This document shows positions 24,281 to 38,276 of a DNA stretch of 64,000 nt, in pieces. The stretch comes from Glaucostegus cemiculus. Lineage: Eukaryota. The stretch lies in contig CDPCPM010000007.1 of NCBI GenBank assembly GCA_976551045.1, positions 13,206,001 to 13,270,000 on the forward strand, written 5' to 3'. Made by a program: the position numbers and the translations under genes. Each line of letters starts with the position of its first letter. Position 1 is the stretch's first letter. Below the pieces are notes generated by a model that did not search any database, had not been told where the DNA came from, and worked only from the letters and a program-made list of their open reading frames with translations.

Positions 24281-26099
24281 TGAACAGCCTTTAACTACTG
24301 CATTCGTGAAAAAAGGTCCTTTGTCATGATTGTTGAATTCCAGCTGAGAACAAATTGAGTTCTAACAAGGCTCATCTTCATTAAAGCAATGAAGTGGGAA
24401 TAACAAGAAACTAGTGAAGTTAGACTTTTTTAAAAAATCTTTAGCACATAGATATTGCTCAACTTTAATTGAGAAAGGAAGACCACTTCTGATCCTATGA
24501 GGAATGTTGGTTAGTTTCTGTCGTGATAAAAAAAATAACAAGGAGGATTCATACTGGAAATTGATGTACAATTTAACTATGTTGTTCCCAGTCTTTTGGT
24601 GAGTAAACTGTATAAAAATAATGTGCTCAAGATGAACAGGGGTATGGCACATTCAGAATTGTATTCATTGATTCAGGGAAAAATTCTGAAATTACTGTTC
24701 CAGGTTTTGTTCAGTGGAGCCTACCATGTACTTAAGTAGAATGTTAGCTGCCCTACACAATATCAGTGTATGATAAAATAACTTTTGTATTTTTCATACA
24801 ATTTCCATGATCTGGGCATATGACTTACAAGGATCCAAGTCCCAGGTTAGGCCTGAGCTGAATGATTTTGGGACACTATTTATTCTGAAGTACCAGTGAA
24901 GACAAGAGCCCAGGCAGAGGTGAATTAACAAACTCGTGAGATGCCTGCTAATCTGGGATCCCTGGGAAAGCACAGCCTAAACCCAGAAACAGCTAAAGAA
25001 AATGAAATCCAACACCAATCCTCTTATTGGTCCTTCAGTCCAATTTTCCTGTCTCTGTCTCTTCCTATCATTCCTCAGGTTCAATTTCCTCCACTTCCTA
25101 CAGGCCAATATTTTCATTCAACCTGTTACAATTGATATGAACATCCATTCCCTGTCCCTGCTCACTCTTATGGTCAATGACAGTCTCTGCTTCCTGCTTT
25201 TGATCCTGGAGAAGTAGATTGGATGGCATGGGAATAGTTCCCGGATAATTGCAGCCCAGGTCATCAGGTAAAGGCTGACCATCTTCCCTTGATAGTGCCT
25301 CTTTGTTCAGGTTAAACTGATTTTGTTTTTTATTATCCTGGACTAAAGTAATGCTTGACAAAATACTGTAGCGTTATCTGTATTCATGGGTCGTAAATGT
25401 GCTTGAACTTAAAAAGGTGAGAACAGTCTATCCACGTATTGTAACATTCTGTGCAGTTCAGGCCAGTAAATTTCTGTAATTGGCACAGGAATGGAAACTT
25501 ATTGATTCCCTTTTAAAGAATGAATACACTGTCTTACTTGTAAAACTATTTTGAAGGTAAGATGGGGAGGGAAAAGAGGTGGTATTAGAGAGATGCACAG
25601 CTTCCTTTGTTGAATCAGTAGCATTTACTGTAGAGCCTGGCCAGCTGACCCAAACTATGTGTGTTGTGTTTAGGTCCAGGCAGGTCAGGTTTGTAAAAAT
25701 TATGTCTCAGGCTTGGTTGTACATTTAGATGGGGAACCTCGACTAAAACGATAGTCTAACAATTAGAGCCAGCATTTTCAGGAATGAAATTAATTCAAAT
25801 CATGGCAGAAGTTTGAAATTCTCTTCTTCAATAGGAAATTTAATGTGACAAGAAACAGATTATTCACCAATGGTACTTGAGCTCTACTGACCAAAGGAAA
25901 CTTTACTGAAAGAAGTAAGGAACAAAATAAAACAAGTACCAAAATACAAAGAGATAGAAGACAACAAGGACACTGGTAACTCAGAGATGCAAATAGCAAA
26001 GTACAACAATGTCAAAAGCAGAGCTGTATGAGAAAGAAATACGGTTTAAAAGAAACTTTTACAGACATCAAAATCAACACAATCTATGTTTAAGTTATA

Positions 26100-26760
26100 A
26101 CATGGAAAAGAGTATTGCTGGCTGTGACTTACTGCAAAAATTGAAGGCAATGTTATATAAATGAAAATAAGGAAATGATGATGTGTTAAATGATTACTTT
26201 AAATCAGGAGAAGAATTGTACACCAGACATTCTCGGAAAATTAATCATGAATAAAGGTAAGCAAAATAACAATGAAAAAGAAAATAATAGCACCAGTGTC
26301 AAGACTTCAAAACCAGATGATTTCCATCCCAGAATTTTAAAGTGCATTGAGGTGAACACTCTTTACAAAATTCTCTCAACCCTGGAAACATACATTTAGA
26401 TTGGAAACACATACATATTGCTCCATTATTTAAGAAATGCAAGAAAGGAAATCCCAGAAAGGGAATTGTACACCATTTAATCTAATATCTGGGTGTTGTG
26501 AAAGGGAAAGCCAGCAAAGATTTTTGTAGATTATGCTCGATGAACCTGTTTTGAAGTGGTAACTGAAATAATAGATAGGGAAATATCTTTGGATGTTATC
26601 TATTTGGAATTCTATAAGGCATTTGCTAAAGTCCTCCATAAGAGACCATTAACTGAAAGTGAAGCTGTTGGAATTCAAGGTAAATGATTGTTCTGACTAG
26701 TAAATAAGACGAGTAGCAGGAAAACGGGACTACAGATAAGGGGCAAAGAGCTCATCCACG
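26100..26760 (+). mobile_element. Very old CR1 RT fragment
   Basis: KTSKPDDFHPRILK, and ggatgttatctatttggaattctataaggcatttgctaaagtcc similar to DVIYLDF.KAFDKVP. Confidence 0.65.
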
Positions 26761-27609
26761 GGAAAGAACCGAGAAAATTTCAAGGGCTAATCTGTACACA
26801 AATTCCTTCATTTCTCATATGTCAGAACAGGACTTGCAGAGCTACTGACATGCTATGAAATTGAGGTGGCAAAAATCAGCCTTGAAGTCTTTTGCATGGT
26901 TTGTGCACACTTTGATTGTGTCACTTTGATTGTGCCTGAGGCTTTGCATATAATTCATACTCAAACCCAAATGCATATTGCAAACCCAGGTCTTACTCCA
27001 AACTGTCCTTTGCACAGCAACATTGCAATGAGTTTCCAGATGTTGAAAAATTTCTAGGCCTATATCTTTGTATTTGAGTTTAAAAGAAGTGACAGTAAAA
27101 AGATTTTGACACTACTTCCTTACCCCACCACAGACAAAGCTGCATTAATCTTTAAGAAGTAAGCATTTCCTGAGAAGTCTGGTTATTTTCCTGCATGTGT
27201 TGGGGAGGGAAGAAGATTATGTTCTGCAAAACACCATTTCATAATTCCTCCATATCTCAACCATGGAAAAAATTAAAAATACATTAAGTAGATAGTCAAA
27301 AGAAAACTGATTAGCCTCAATGCATTACCAACTTGAAAACTATACAATAAAATGGACAAGTTACACATTACTATGATGTCATTTCTAACTAATTCACAAC
27401 TGGTATGTCTGTACTTCATCAAAATAAGATCTAAATCATGCACTTCACCAAATGACCAATAGAATCAAGTCAAAACAAACTTTAAATAATCAACCTTAAT
27501 TGAATATACATCCACTAATGACAGAAGCAAAATGATGGTGGTTACCAATAAAGAGTACATTATTTTGAGGTCAAGTATTTTTACAACCAAAAGCACACCT
27601 CATTATTTA

Positions 27610-27860
27610 GGGCGGCACGATAGCGTAGCGGTTAGCGCGACGCTGTTACAGCGCCAGCGATCGGGGTTTGATTCCCGTCACTGACAGCAAGGAGTTTGTA
27701 CATTCTCCCGTGTCTGTGTGGGTTTCCTCTGGGTGCTCCGGTTTCCTCCCACATTCTAAAAGACGTACAAGTAGGTTAATTTGGGGGTTTAAAATGGGCG
27801 GCGTGGACTCGTTGGGCTCAAAGGGCCTGTTACCACGCTGTAAATAAAATTTAAATTTAA
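27610..27860 (+). mobile_element. Young full-length tRNA-derived V-SINE (HE1-like)
   Basis: gggcggcacgatagcgtagcggttagcgc (A box), ggggtttgattccc (B box), V-domain-like gtgggtttcctctgggtgctccggtttcctcccaca, and a CR1-like tail. Confidence 0.92.
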
Positions 27861-30800
27861 GAGCACTGGATACTTTCTACCCTTATAAAAATTGCCAAAA
27901 ATGTAAAAAAACCAGGGACCAGAAATAAATTGGCATGAAGCAATATGAGAGGATAAAAACTGACAATAAGAGGTAACTAAAAACTTCAGAAACACTTTGA
28001 AAAAAAATGCCAGCACCAAAAGCTATGATAGCAAAAAGTTCTGATGAGATGGAGAAATCAAAAACACAGCAACACCCTAAGATTAAAAATAAACAAAATA
28101 TTTGGTATATGGAGTTGATAGAAAAGCAATAAGGTCAAAAAAATATTGGTGGCGTCGTTTAAACATTCGGAACCCTTAGGAGACAAACGTTGTTGATCCT
28201 TTGGGAAGTAGATTACCCAAAATGAACAACCCAATGTGAATAAGTACAAGAAAAAAAAGAGGAGAGTGATATCAGGTGTGTCACAGGCCACCAGGTCAGG
28301 AGGAGGGAAACACTTTGTTAGGATGAGTATTTGAGAATAGATTATTTTTATTACATGCACCAAACAACCTAATACAAAAAAACCCACAGAAAATGCTGTG
28401 AATATTTAACAGGCCAGGCAGATTTCAACAGAGGTAAACAAACATATTCTGGATTAATACCCATTCATCAGAATGGAGTGGAGCTTATTGACCTGAAACA
28501 TTCATTTTGTTTTTAATTGACATCTGAAATTTGGTTCCATTGAATGCAGGGCTTACTGCCGGCACAACTACTACCTTGAATGCCTGTAAATGACTTTTTT
28601 TTTCAGAAACTCAATGCAAAATGATCAAAATAGAAGGTGTAACTTCGAAATAGTGCACTGATTTGGTCAAAAACATGTGGACACAATGATGACTGTTAAA
28701 ATTGAATGTAAAACTTTACACAAAGAAAATAAATGAATAGATGAATAAAACACATTCATATTCCATGATTGGTGTGAAGTGAATGTGAATAAAAATAAAA
28801 AAGCCCTGATGCTAAATAGTTAGTACAAAGGTCAAAACCAAAATATTGGAATACAAGTCAGAGAAGCTAATGATTAATTTACTGGAGGTAAAGGTGATGC
28901 TAGACTACAAGGGGCAATGGGTCTCTTAAACTGCATCTACCTTCTGATCAAAACATTTCTAAAATTGAGCACACAAGAGGCATGACATGTTGAATGCTTT
29001 AAGCACTTAACAATCCTGCCATTCCATTTGCCACCACTAGAGAGAGTCAGTCCATTGCTCATACAATAAAACACTTTACCTTCATTTAGCTGCTAGCAAT
29101 ATCATCCCTCTGACTGAAATAAACAGCAGTTTGCAAGCTGAATTCAGGGTGTTGGTTCCTGGATTACACAAGTTCCTCCTGAGAGGTTAATAATGTTAAG
29201 ACCAACAGTGAAATGTTAGTCATGCGCTTCTGAATACCATTGAGTTAGAAATCACCATTCAACAAGAGAGTGTGAGACTTTCAGTTGTGCGTCAGAGATC
29301 TGAAGTGTCAATGTGCTAACAACGAGACCATAAATAATTTGGAAATATTTAAAAAGGAAGTGAGATTTATGTATTATATCAGTTGAAATTTACAAATCCA
29401 ATATTCATTATCACTTTTTAAAATAAGAAATGTTATTTGTGCTTCTAAATCTAATTTAAGGTTCTGAACTTCCTCACTTTCAGTCAGAGTATCCAGAAAT
29501 TGATGCTTCTCTCACAAGAACAGCTGCCTGCAACTCAAGAGAACAGGTTTGTTTGGAGCTGATCTACCTATTGTTCCACCTTAGAATAAAAAATTAAATG
29601 GCTCTGGGCTGACGTTTCCCGATGTTGTTAAGAGTCAATAACTCTTGCAGTCTCCAGCCAATCTCCCTACCCCTCCAAATTTCCAAACCTCTGGAAGTTT
29701 GAACTGGAAGGACCTGCTGCTGGGTCTGCCAAGTGAACAGTTAGGAGCTGATATCGGCATTGTGATTAACTCCTGTTTCTCTCTCCACAGATGCTGCCAG
29801 ACCTGCTGAATATTTCCAGCACTTCCTTTAGATTTCTAGTATTTTCAATTATTTTCAGTTAGGAACATTTAGAGGACAAGGCAAAGCTGCAGTGGGTTGC
29901 AGGATGATGAACTGCAAGCAATCCTAGACCATATCCAAATACCAGCAATTATTGCTGCCTGATTCGTCACTCTGATTTGCATGGCTATACTGAACTTAAT
30001 CAGCCATGTAGCAGGTCCTATTTGACCTGCCAGCTTTTCAAACTGATTTTACATTTTCCAAGTGTAATTCTGCATGGGTAAAGCTAAAAGGCAAAGGACA
30101 AATGAAGCATTTAAGAGCCTCTGATGTAGCCTGGATGGGGTCTTAAGCTTAAAAGCCAGTTTAGCCCAAGTTAGTCCAGGCCAACAGATTGGAATAGGCA
30201 TTAAAACTTGCAAACTACAAATGGCCATCGAGAGTTTTCTTAAGCAGCACATCACAATTTAAAATGCCCGTAAACACTCATTAAGACCGCATGGTACTTT
30301 GGTAGCTAGCAGAATCTAACACTGATCAACTGATTGCAAATAAGCAAATTGTTCAATTTCAAGCCCTATTTAATTACTGTTCCCTTGTGGATGGAGATTT
30401 GGAATTTAGAGATTTTTCTGGGACAATTTGAGAAGACATCACTGATACTCTGTCAACACATTTCTTAAGAATTTATCTAAAAAGAAAAAAAACGTTATGC
30501 TCCACTTCTGTTTGGACTTCTTAGAACAGAATCAAAAGGAAATAGCAGATATAGCCATACACTGAGGCTGTTCTGCCAATAATTTCCCCTCATGTCTTCT
30601 TCCCATCAGGTTCCCATACTCCTTGATTACTTAAAAATGTATTGATCTCAGTCTTAAGTATGCAACACCTTCCAGAGTGAAGGAACCCAAAGATTTACAA
30701 CACTCGAAGTAAAGAGTTAGCTCACTTTAAGTGAGGAAATGAGATTTCTCTGAGAGCCACCTTAGACTTGATTGGCTGAATGGTCCCCTACAACATAAGG

Positions 30801-32835
30801 AAATAAAAATACTGAGTTAGCACAACTAATTTGAAATATATTAAATCTTATTTCTAAATGACTAATCCCTTATCCTGATACAATTTCTCCTAGTTCCAGA
30901 CTTTCCAAACTGAGGAGATGGCCTCCTTGCATCTCCTTTTCAAAATGTGCTACATGCCATGAGAACAGCTCTCATTCAGCAGCCCAATCTTAAATCATTT
31001 CATTCCCAATACAACAAATTCCACATCCCAGGAACCAATACGGTAAATCAATACTGCACTGATCTTCTGGCAAGGTGTCCTTCCTTATGTATGGTGGGAA
31101 TCAAATTCTCTAGGTTTGTGGGAGGGGTGGCCATCGATGTTTTATTAGGCATCCTCTTTAAGCTGCAGGAGGAATGAATGGAGGATTGAATGGAGGTTAT
31201 AATAGAGAACACAAGCTACCCCAGGAGGGGAGGGTAGAAGGGCCAGGTAGACCTCTGCTCCATTGCTGGTGCAGATTACCCATCTCACCTGGTCCTTCTC
31301 CACCAGGACCTACAAACCCATGCCCAATAACCTGAGTGGCATCTTTTTCTTTCTCTCTCTCAGTCATTGACTTTACTGAAAGTACTACAGACGTTAATTC
31401 GCACACTCCACACATTCTGTGGATGGGTGAATGGAATCCACGTATACCACAATTTTCATGGAAGTCGTAACAATTGAGTCTAAAACATGCTTGAATGCTA
31501 AATCTTTATTTATCTGCTTAGTAATGCCAGACAAATTCAAATTATGATAATCAGCAATCAGAGCCAAAGTTACATATTAAAACCAGACTTCCTAATACAA
31601 GCTTGTCAGACAACAACTAGGCTGTGAAAATCTCCAACAACAGCAAGGAAGGGTGAGTGGAGATTTGACGCTGAAAATGCTTTGATGATAAAGGGGACAA
31701 ATTTAAGATCACCATCAAAAAACTGAAGGGAGATGATGCTTTTAAAGAAAAAGTTGTAATTTCTGCACCCTCAGAGGCAAGTTTAATGGACCATTCTAGT
31801 TACCGGCACACTGCTTGGAAACTGTGAGTGGAACTGATTCACTGCACAATCAACAGGTTTCCTTCACATGCTGCACCAGTACAAAGAGAGGACCGGGTTG
31901 GGAGAGTGAGGGTTGTCTGCCACAGATTGATGGGGAGTAAGGAGGTGGTGGCCTGCAGTCACCTGACAGAAGGGTCAGTCAGTAATTCAGGAGACTGCAA
32001 GAACTGGTCGAGAGGTTCAGGGGTGAGGGGAGGAGATGCTCATTGGTCAGAGGGACTAGATCAGTCAAGAACTGAGGGCTTGGTGATGGGGCTGGGACAG
32101 GAGCGGGTGGTCAGTGCTGAGGAGGGAAGCTAAGCCAACTCAGCCAGCAAACCTGTGGGCAAGGTTGCTAAGTGGGTATTGCAAGCTCGAGAAGGGGTTG
32201 GGAGGGAAGTAGGAATCAATACTTCCCGGATGGGGCTCCAATTGAAAGCTGGTAAGTAAGTAACTTAAGTGACCAACTTCAGTCAGATCCCAGCTGCTTT
32301 AAGTCAGGCAGAAGCAAGTCTCATTCATGCTGTGGAACCTTGCTCCAATCTGTGGAAGGCTCTGGGTCACCGTCACTGAATCCCACTGAACTTATCTGGG
32401 CCCTCTGTGCATTAAGCATATGTATGACAAACACAGGAAGGAAACTGGAATGGAAAATCACCATGATTGACTCTACAAATCCCCTGTTTTCATTAAAATG
32501 GAATCACCCAGCACAAAACATGGTGTTACAAGATCTACTCTCGAGACAGGAATGTCTGGTACTACAAGACCATGATATCTGTCACAGTAGATGTGCATAG
32601 TTTCAGCAGAAAACCATCAAGGCTCAATAGTTTTGGTAGCCATCAGCCTGTTGTAATCAATTCAACCTGGATCTAAGTTCATTTCCTTGATTAAATGAAA
32701 GATTCAGCATCTGCTGGATGGCTGCTTAAAAGTCAAAACCCAATGTACTCCTGCTCCAATTCCTTTTTCAATCTATTACTGCCTACCCTAATTCCTACCA
32801 CTTTCAGTTCGTTCTCCCCCCACATCTTTGCCATT

Positions 32836-33573
32836 TAGAACATAGAACAATACAGCACAGAACAGGCCCTTTGGCCCATCAAGCTGTGCCATCCTACAAA
32901 CATCTCCCAAACTAACTCTTTCCACCCTCATATCCTACTATTCCACATTCTTCCATGTGCTTATCTAACATTCTCTTAAACCTGTCCAACGTATCTGCCT
33001 CCACTACCACCCCAGGCAGTGCATTCCATGCACCAACCACTCTCTGGGTGAAAAACTTCCCTCTGACATCTCCCCTATACTTTCCACCTATTATCTTAAA
33101 GGCATGCCCTCTCGTCTTGAGCATCTGCGCGCTGGGAAAGAGGCGCTGACTATTAACTCTATCTATTCCTCTCAATATCTTAAACACCTCTATCAAGTCC
33201 CCTCTCATCCTCCTCCTCTCTAACGAGTAGAGCCCTAGCACCTTAAGCCTCTCTTTATATTCCATACCCTCCAATCCAGGCATCATCCTGGTAAAACGCC
33301 TCTGCACCCTCTCCAACGCCTCCACATCCTTCCTATAATGCGGCGACCAGAACTGAACACAATATTCCAAGTGCGGCCTAACTAGAGTTTTGTAAAGCAG
33401 CATCATCACCTCTCTGCTCTTGAACTCAATCCCTTTATTTATAAAAGCCAACATCCCATAAGCCTTCTTAACAGCCCTATCCACTTGCGAGGCAACTTTG
33501 AGTGAACTGTGGATATGAACCCCCAGGTCCCTCTGCTCCTCTACACTGCCAAGAACCTTACCATTTACCTTAT
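32836..33573 (-). mobile_element. Young CR1 LINE (family A) 3' fragment
   Basis: The 190-aa ORF 32912-33484 (LVRPHLEYCVQFWSPHYRKD...GYEGGKS*) is highly similar to the 17933 copy. (TTCTATG)n tail. Confidence 0.97.
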
Positions 33574-35584
33574 AGATTTATACCTTTATGGTGCTCTTCA
33601 CCCAATGGTAGTTTTCCCTTTCTTCCTATCACTACTACCAACTGAAATCTTCACTATTTACCCAACGGAAAATTCCTACTGAAGTCCAAATGCTCCATCT
33701 ACTGTGCTACTGTTCTGCCTTATCACAAAGCACACAGATAGTGGCACAGACAAATGCAGTTGAATTGGACATGGGCATAAATCACTACACTGCTATTTGG
33801 AAAACATTCACATATACCTTCAAACACACACTTACAGATGATCAACATTGAGATAACAGAAGGCATTAGCATGAAAATCACTACAAACACACCAGTAAAA
33901 TATATTATGAACTGAGCATTTAGGGAAAATCCAACAAAACTCATATTCACAGATAAGTAGCAATATCGTGCTTATCAACTACATTCAAATAATACCTCAC
34001 TTTCAAACATGAACAAGTCACAAATGTAGGGAAGAGATCAAAGATATAAATTTATTCCAAACCATAACTAATAAACTGATCACACAAAGGCAGCAATGTT
34101 GCAAAATTCAAAACATTACACCTAAAGAGTGATATAAGCACAAACACATGCCACAACATTGAATTCAAACAAAATAACATTCAGGCATATCAATACAACA
34201 AACAGAGAGATTATTAACTGCGATCAACACCAACACTAATATATATTAAATGTTATGTCATCAACTTAGAATGTGAGCAAATTTTATTTGTAGTCTTATT
34301 AAGCTGATATCTCCCACAAAACAAGTAAAATAAATTAATGAACAATCTCCTTTGTCCAGATATCAAAAAAGAAACTCAGAGGAAATAAACTTGATATTTC
34401 ATTCCACCCTCAGACCATTAACATAGAGCTAATCTTCAGCTTCACAATCTGTTATTTTATTGTGTGCAGAGTGAAAGGGCAACTAACACCAGAGAAGAAG
34501 GATGTTTCTTTTTGAGGTTCAGGGTAGACCAAAATTCTACTGAGGGCAGTATTACAGTTACCAACAATGCTATTAGCATACAGTGTCTATCTGACCTCAA
34601 TTTGTACTGACACCAGATGTTTAATGGATGAATCACATTTCGAAGCACAATCAACTGATAAGCAGAAAGCATCCATACAGTTTAATCAATAAGGAGGAAG
34701 ATTAAAGAACATATGCCTTTGCATATTGTTTCACATTCGTGCAACATGTTTAATTATAACTTTCAGCATTAGCTGCAATTTGTTTTTTTTTAAATTAACA
34801 ATGCTTGCTGAGCGTTTGAATCTTAAAGTGCAAACCAGTTAAGGTGAATATAGAACATGAAATAAATAATGGTTAAAGAATATCAACTCATTTTAACACA
34901 TATAGCCAGTAAATATTTAATTGGTTGTAACTTGAACATAAATTCAGATGAAGATGGTTTCCCAATATAAATAAATATTGCTAAGAATGAATTTAAACAA
35001 TTCAAGAAATGGATAATTGACCCCAATGGAATGGAAAAATGGCAATGTTACTCAATTATTTCAAAAGATGATATATACTGAGAAAGTCTAGGTTTATTAA
35101 TCTTCAATCAGTTTGGGGGAATTTGCTAGAATCGTTGGTTAAATTGACTGTGCATTTTAACAAATATGAACTGACCAGAGAAAGTTTCCATGACTTGTAA
35201 AGAGCAAGTTGTGTCTAATGAATATGAAAATATCATATTCATTATGATATTGCAAGGGGTCACAAACTGGATGCTATTCACATAGACTTCCAGATATAAT
35301 CTGATAAGTTTCCATATGAGACAAAAATAAATGTTCATGGAATTGGAGAGAAACTATTAATTTGGGTAGGACAACATTGGCAGGTGGGCAGAGACTAGGG
35401 TCTGTGAATATAAATGAAAAATGGCAGGATATGAGCAGTTGCGCCCTACCAAAACGTTGTCTGGGCGAAAATATTTGCTCCACTTAGATTAGAGAAGAGA
35501 CAGCTGGATATACAAATCTGGTGAATGCATTAGGTTTTGTGGTACAGCATAGGCAGTATAACAGTCCTTAACTTATGCTAAAAG

Positions 35585-36210
35585 AAAACTGGAGGAACTC
35601 AGCAGGACAGGCAACATCTGTGGAGACAAATGGACAGTTGACGTTTTGGGTTGAGGCCCAACAGGCCGTTGGCATGAACATTGAATTCTCCAACTTCAGG
35701 TAACCTGCTCCCCCTCTGTGCCTTTTCTCTCTTCTCCTAACCTACCCAGCTCTTCCTACACCCACCCCAGCCCCCAATCATCCTGTTACTTTCCCCTCCT
35801 CCACACACTCCATCTGCCCATCACCCACACACTCCTCCCACTATGTCCCCTCCCCATTTCCCTCCCTCCACCTCGCCTCCCTTATTTGGTTCCATGCTCC
35901 ACCTTCCTTCAGTCAGATTCCATCACCTGCAGCCTTGTGTTGCCTCCACCTATCACCTCCCAGCGTCTGTTGCTATTTCCACTCTTCCCTCCCCCATCTG
36001 CCTATCACCCCTCCTCACCTGGATGCACCTATCATTGCCAGCTCTTGCTCCATCCATTCCCCTCTTTATAATGGCCATCTCCCCTCTATCTTTCAGTCCA
36101 GATGAAGGGCCTCGACCCAAACCGTGAGCTGTCCATTTCCCTCCATAGGTTCCACCTGACCTGCAGTGGTTTGTTTTTTTGCTCCAGATTCCAGCATCTG
36201 CAGACTCTCA
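35585..36210. mobile_element. Penelope-like terminal repeat with a short inverted 5' copy and decayed hammerhead motif
   Basis: ctggaggaactcagcagg..cagttgacgttttgggttgaggccc (inverted copy), then the pyrimidine-rich body and cagtccagatgaagggcctcgacccaaaccgtgagctg..gctccagattccagcatctgcag. Confidence 0.75.
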
Positions 36211-36239
36211 TGACTTAAGCTCTTAACATACCAATTTCA

Positions 36240-36585
36240 ACACAGAAAGAAGCTACTCAGCCCATCAGATCCATGCTGACTCCTAGTGGAGAAATTTCAT
36301 TAGACTCATTCTCATTCTCTCTATTCCCTCACTCTGTCTCACACATACCCATCAACTCCCCATGTGATACTTGTTGACATTAAATCTGTACTGAGGGTTA
36401 ATTTACAGTCGCCAATTAATCAACCAGCATGTCTTTGGGAAGTCAAAGAAAAAATGGGGCACCCAGAAGAAACCCATATGATCACAGAGAGAATACCCAA
36501 GCACTACACAGACAGTACTGGAGGTCAGAATCAAACCCGAGACCCTGGAGCTGTGGGGTAGCAGTACTGTGGCACCACTAAGCCA
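36240..36585 (-). mobile_element. Older V-SINE-like element
   Basis: cacccagaagaaaccca..cacagacagtactggaggtcagaatcaaaccc is the reverse complement of the SINE head and core. Similar copies at ~42640-42890 and ~62000-62232. Confidence 0.7.
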
Positions 36586-38276
36586 TCGTCAAGAGCAGAA
36601 TATTTCATATGGACGTTAATAAATTTAGTGAATGGGGAATATTGTGAAATTTGGAGTTCAACGTGGGAAACTGGCAGATCACTTGATGTATCAGAGTATC
36701 TTCTAAAGGACAATAACTTGAGAAACGTGGATCAGCAAACTTGGATTACCCATGGATCCAAATACAGAAATCACTAAAAGCCACTGGAGAGATACAAAAA
36801 AAAATTAAAAATGTAAAGGAATGCTGACTTTCCCCAACAAGAAGGATGAGCTACATTCACTTCTTGGCAGCACACCTCCAAGGATACATTGGACTTAGAG
36901 GGAATGCAATGTGGATTCACCTGAATACCTGGATTCAAAGGTTTACCAGATGAAGACAGAATATATACCTTTGAATAAATAACATTAAGGGTTGATACAT
37001 TTGAGATATTTATGATGACTGAATGATTTTGATTGAGAAGATAGAAATTATTTCCTCTAGTAGAAAAATCCTTCTTAAAATTTTGGAGAGATGTCATAAA
37101 GCATTTTTTCCCCACACAGAAGTTTATAGAAATATAGACTCTCTTCTAAAAAATACTGAGGCTAATTCAAGTGAAAATTTTAAAACTGTAAGTGATAAGT
37201 TTATTAAACATTACAGAACCAAGTAAGGTAAGAAGAGTTAAGGTTAATAATTTTATGAAATTTCTTTTATTTTCTTTTAATTTACAAAAACATTTTAAGA
37301 TTAGCTATCACCTAATTAAGTGATTGAATGTGCCCAAAGAACTGAAAGTTCTCCTTCTGTTCCTCTACAGGGAAGCATAAAGAGAGGTCAATGCTGTCAA
37401 AAAGAGAGGATAAAACAATTCCTGACACAAACTTTGTTGTGTCAAACTTTGACACAAACATTGTAGATAATTAGGATGCTTAGACAGTTTAATCCTTTTC
37501 TGATGATGAAATGTTGGATAATGGCCACCTTTGTATAGACAATGGTGTTCTGCACCCTGTAATGTAATGCAGCTACATTCTATTGTTTAATTTGATGTCC
37601 TGAGCAGTTAATCTCCCAACTACAACATCACAAAATTAGAACAAATATGGTCACCATACTGTCTTTAAGACCTAGCTACACATAAATTAGATGCAAGGTT
37701 TCTTACATTACAACTTTTGTTTCTGAATTGCAAAGAATGTTATGTAAAAGCAACGTGGTCATCCCTCTGTTGATTTATTTTATATATTAGAATGGGGTTA
37801 ATTCACAAGTGTAACGCTACAGTGAAAAGCAGAATGCACAAAATAAGCCAATCCTTGCCAAGTCCTCTTGTTACTTTATGAAGAATCCTGCGACAAAAAA
37901 ATTACATGTCATTGTTCCTGTTAGCTCTGCTGACAGCATGATATTGATGCTGTTTTTACCTGCTTCTCCACTTCCAGGAGTTGCTAGTTCCTTGCTAAGG
38001 ATGCTACATGGACTAACTTCTGTGTTTTTAAAATTTCTTTTCAGCTCTGTGAACCAAAGTTGTTATTTATTAATAGGTTTGTGCTGCTTGGCAAGGCTTT
38101 CCACGTACACTGACCACGAACATACCAAATGTGGATTCCATTTAAAGCTATGACAATATAATATTAGATGATTAGTTAATGAGGTAGTTCTGGGTCCTGT
38201 GCAAGATCAGCATTATTAAATACACATCAAGCACCTACCTCAAGTCCACTGTTGAGGTGAACAGAACTATAACTAG

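Larger units (their letters stand above)
35000..37370 (+). mobile_element. Very old CR1 relic split by a Penelope-like repeat (35585-36210) and a SINE (36240-36585)
   Basis: Successive decayed CR1 motifs on both sides of the inserts: tggaaaaatggcaatgttactc, ttccagatataatctgataagtttcc, and later cacctccaaggatacattggacttagagggaatgcaatgtggattcacc. Confidence 0.55.

Noticed and set aside
25098-25340. Hydrophilic open frame after a tttagtccag acceptor
   Set aside because: Open only in phase 0, so incompatible with the upstream phase-1 donor. No homology and no clear donor.
27610-27680. tRNA-like sequence with A and B boxes
   Set aside because: It is the head of a SINE and continues into the SINE core and tail, so it is not a tRNA gene.
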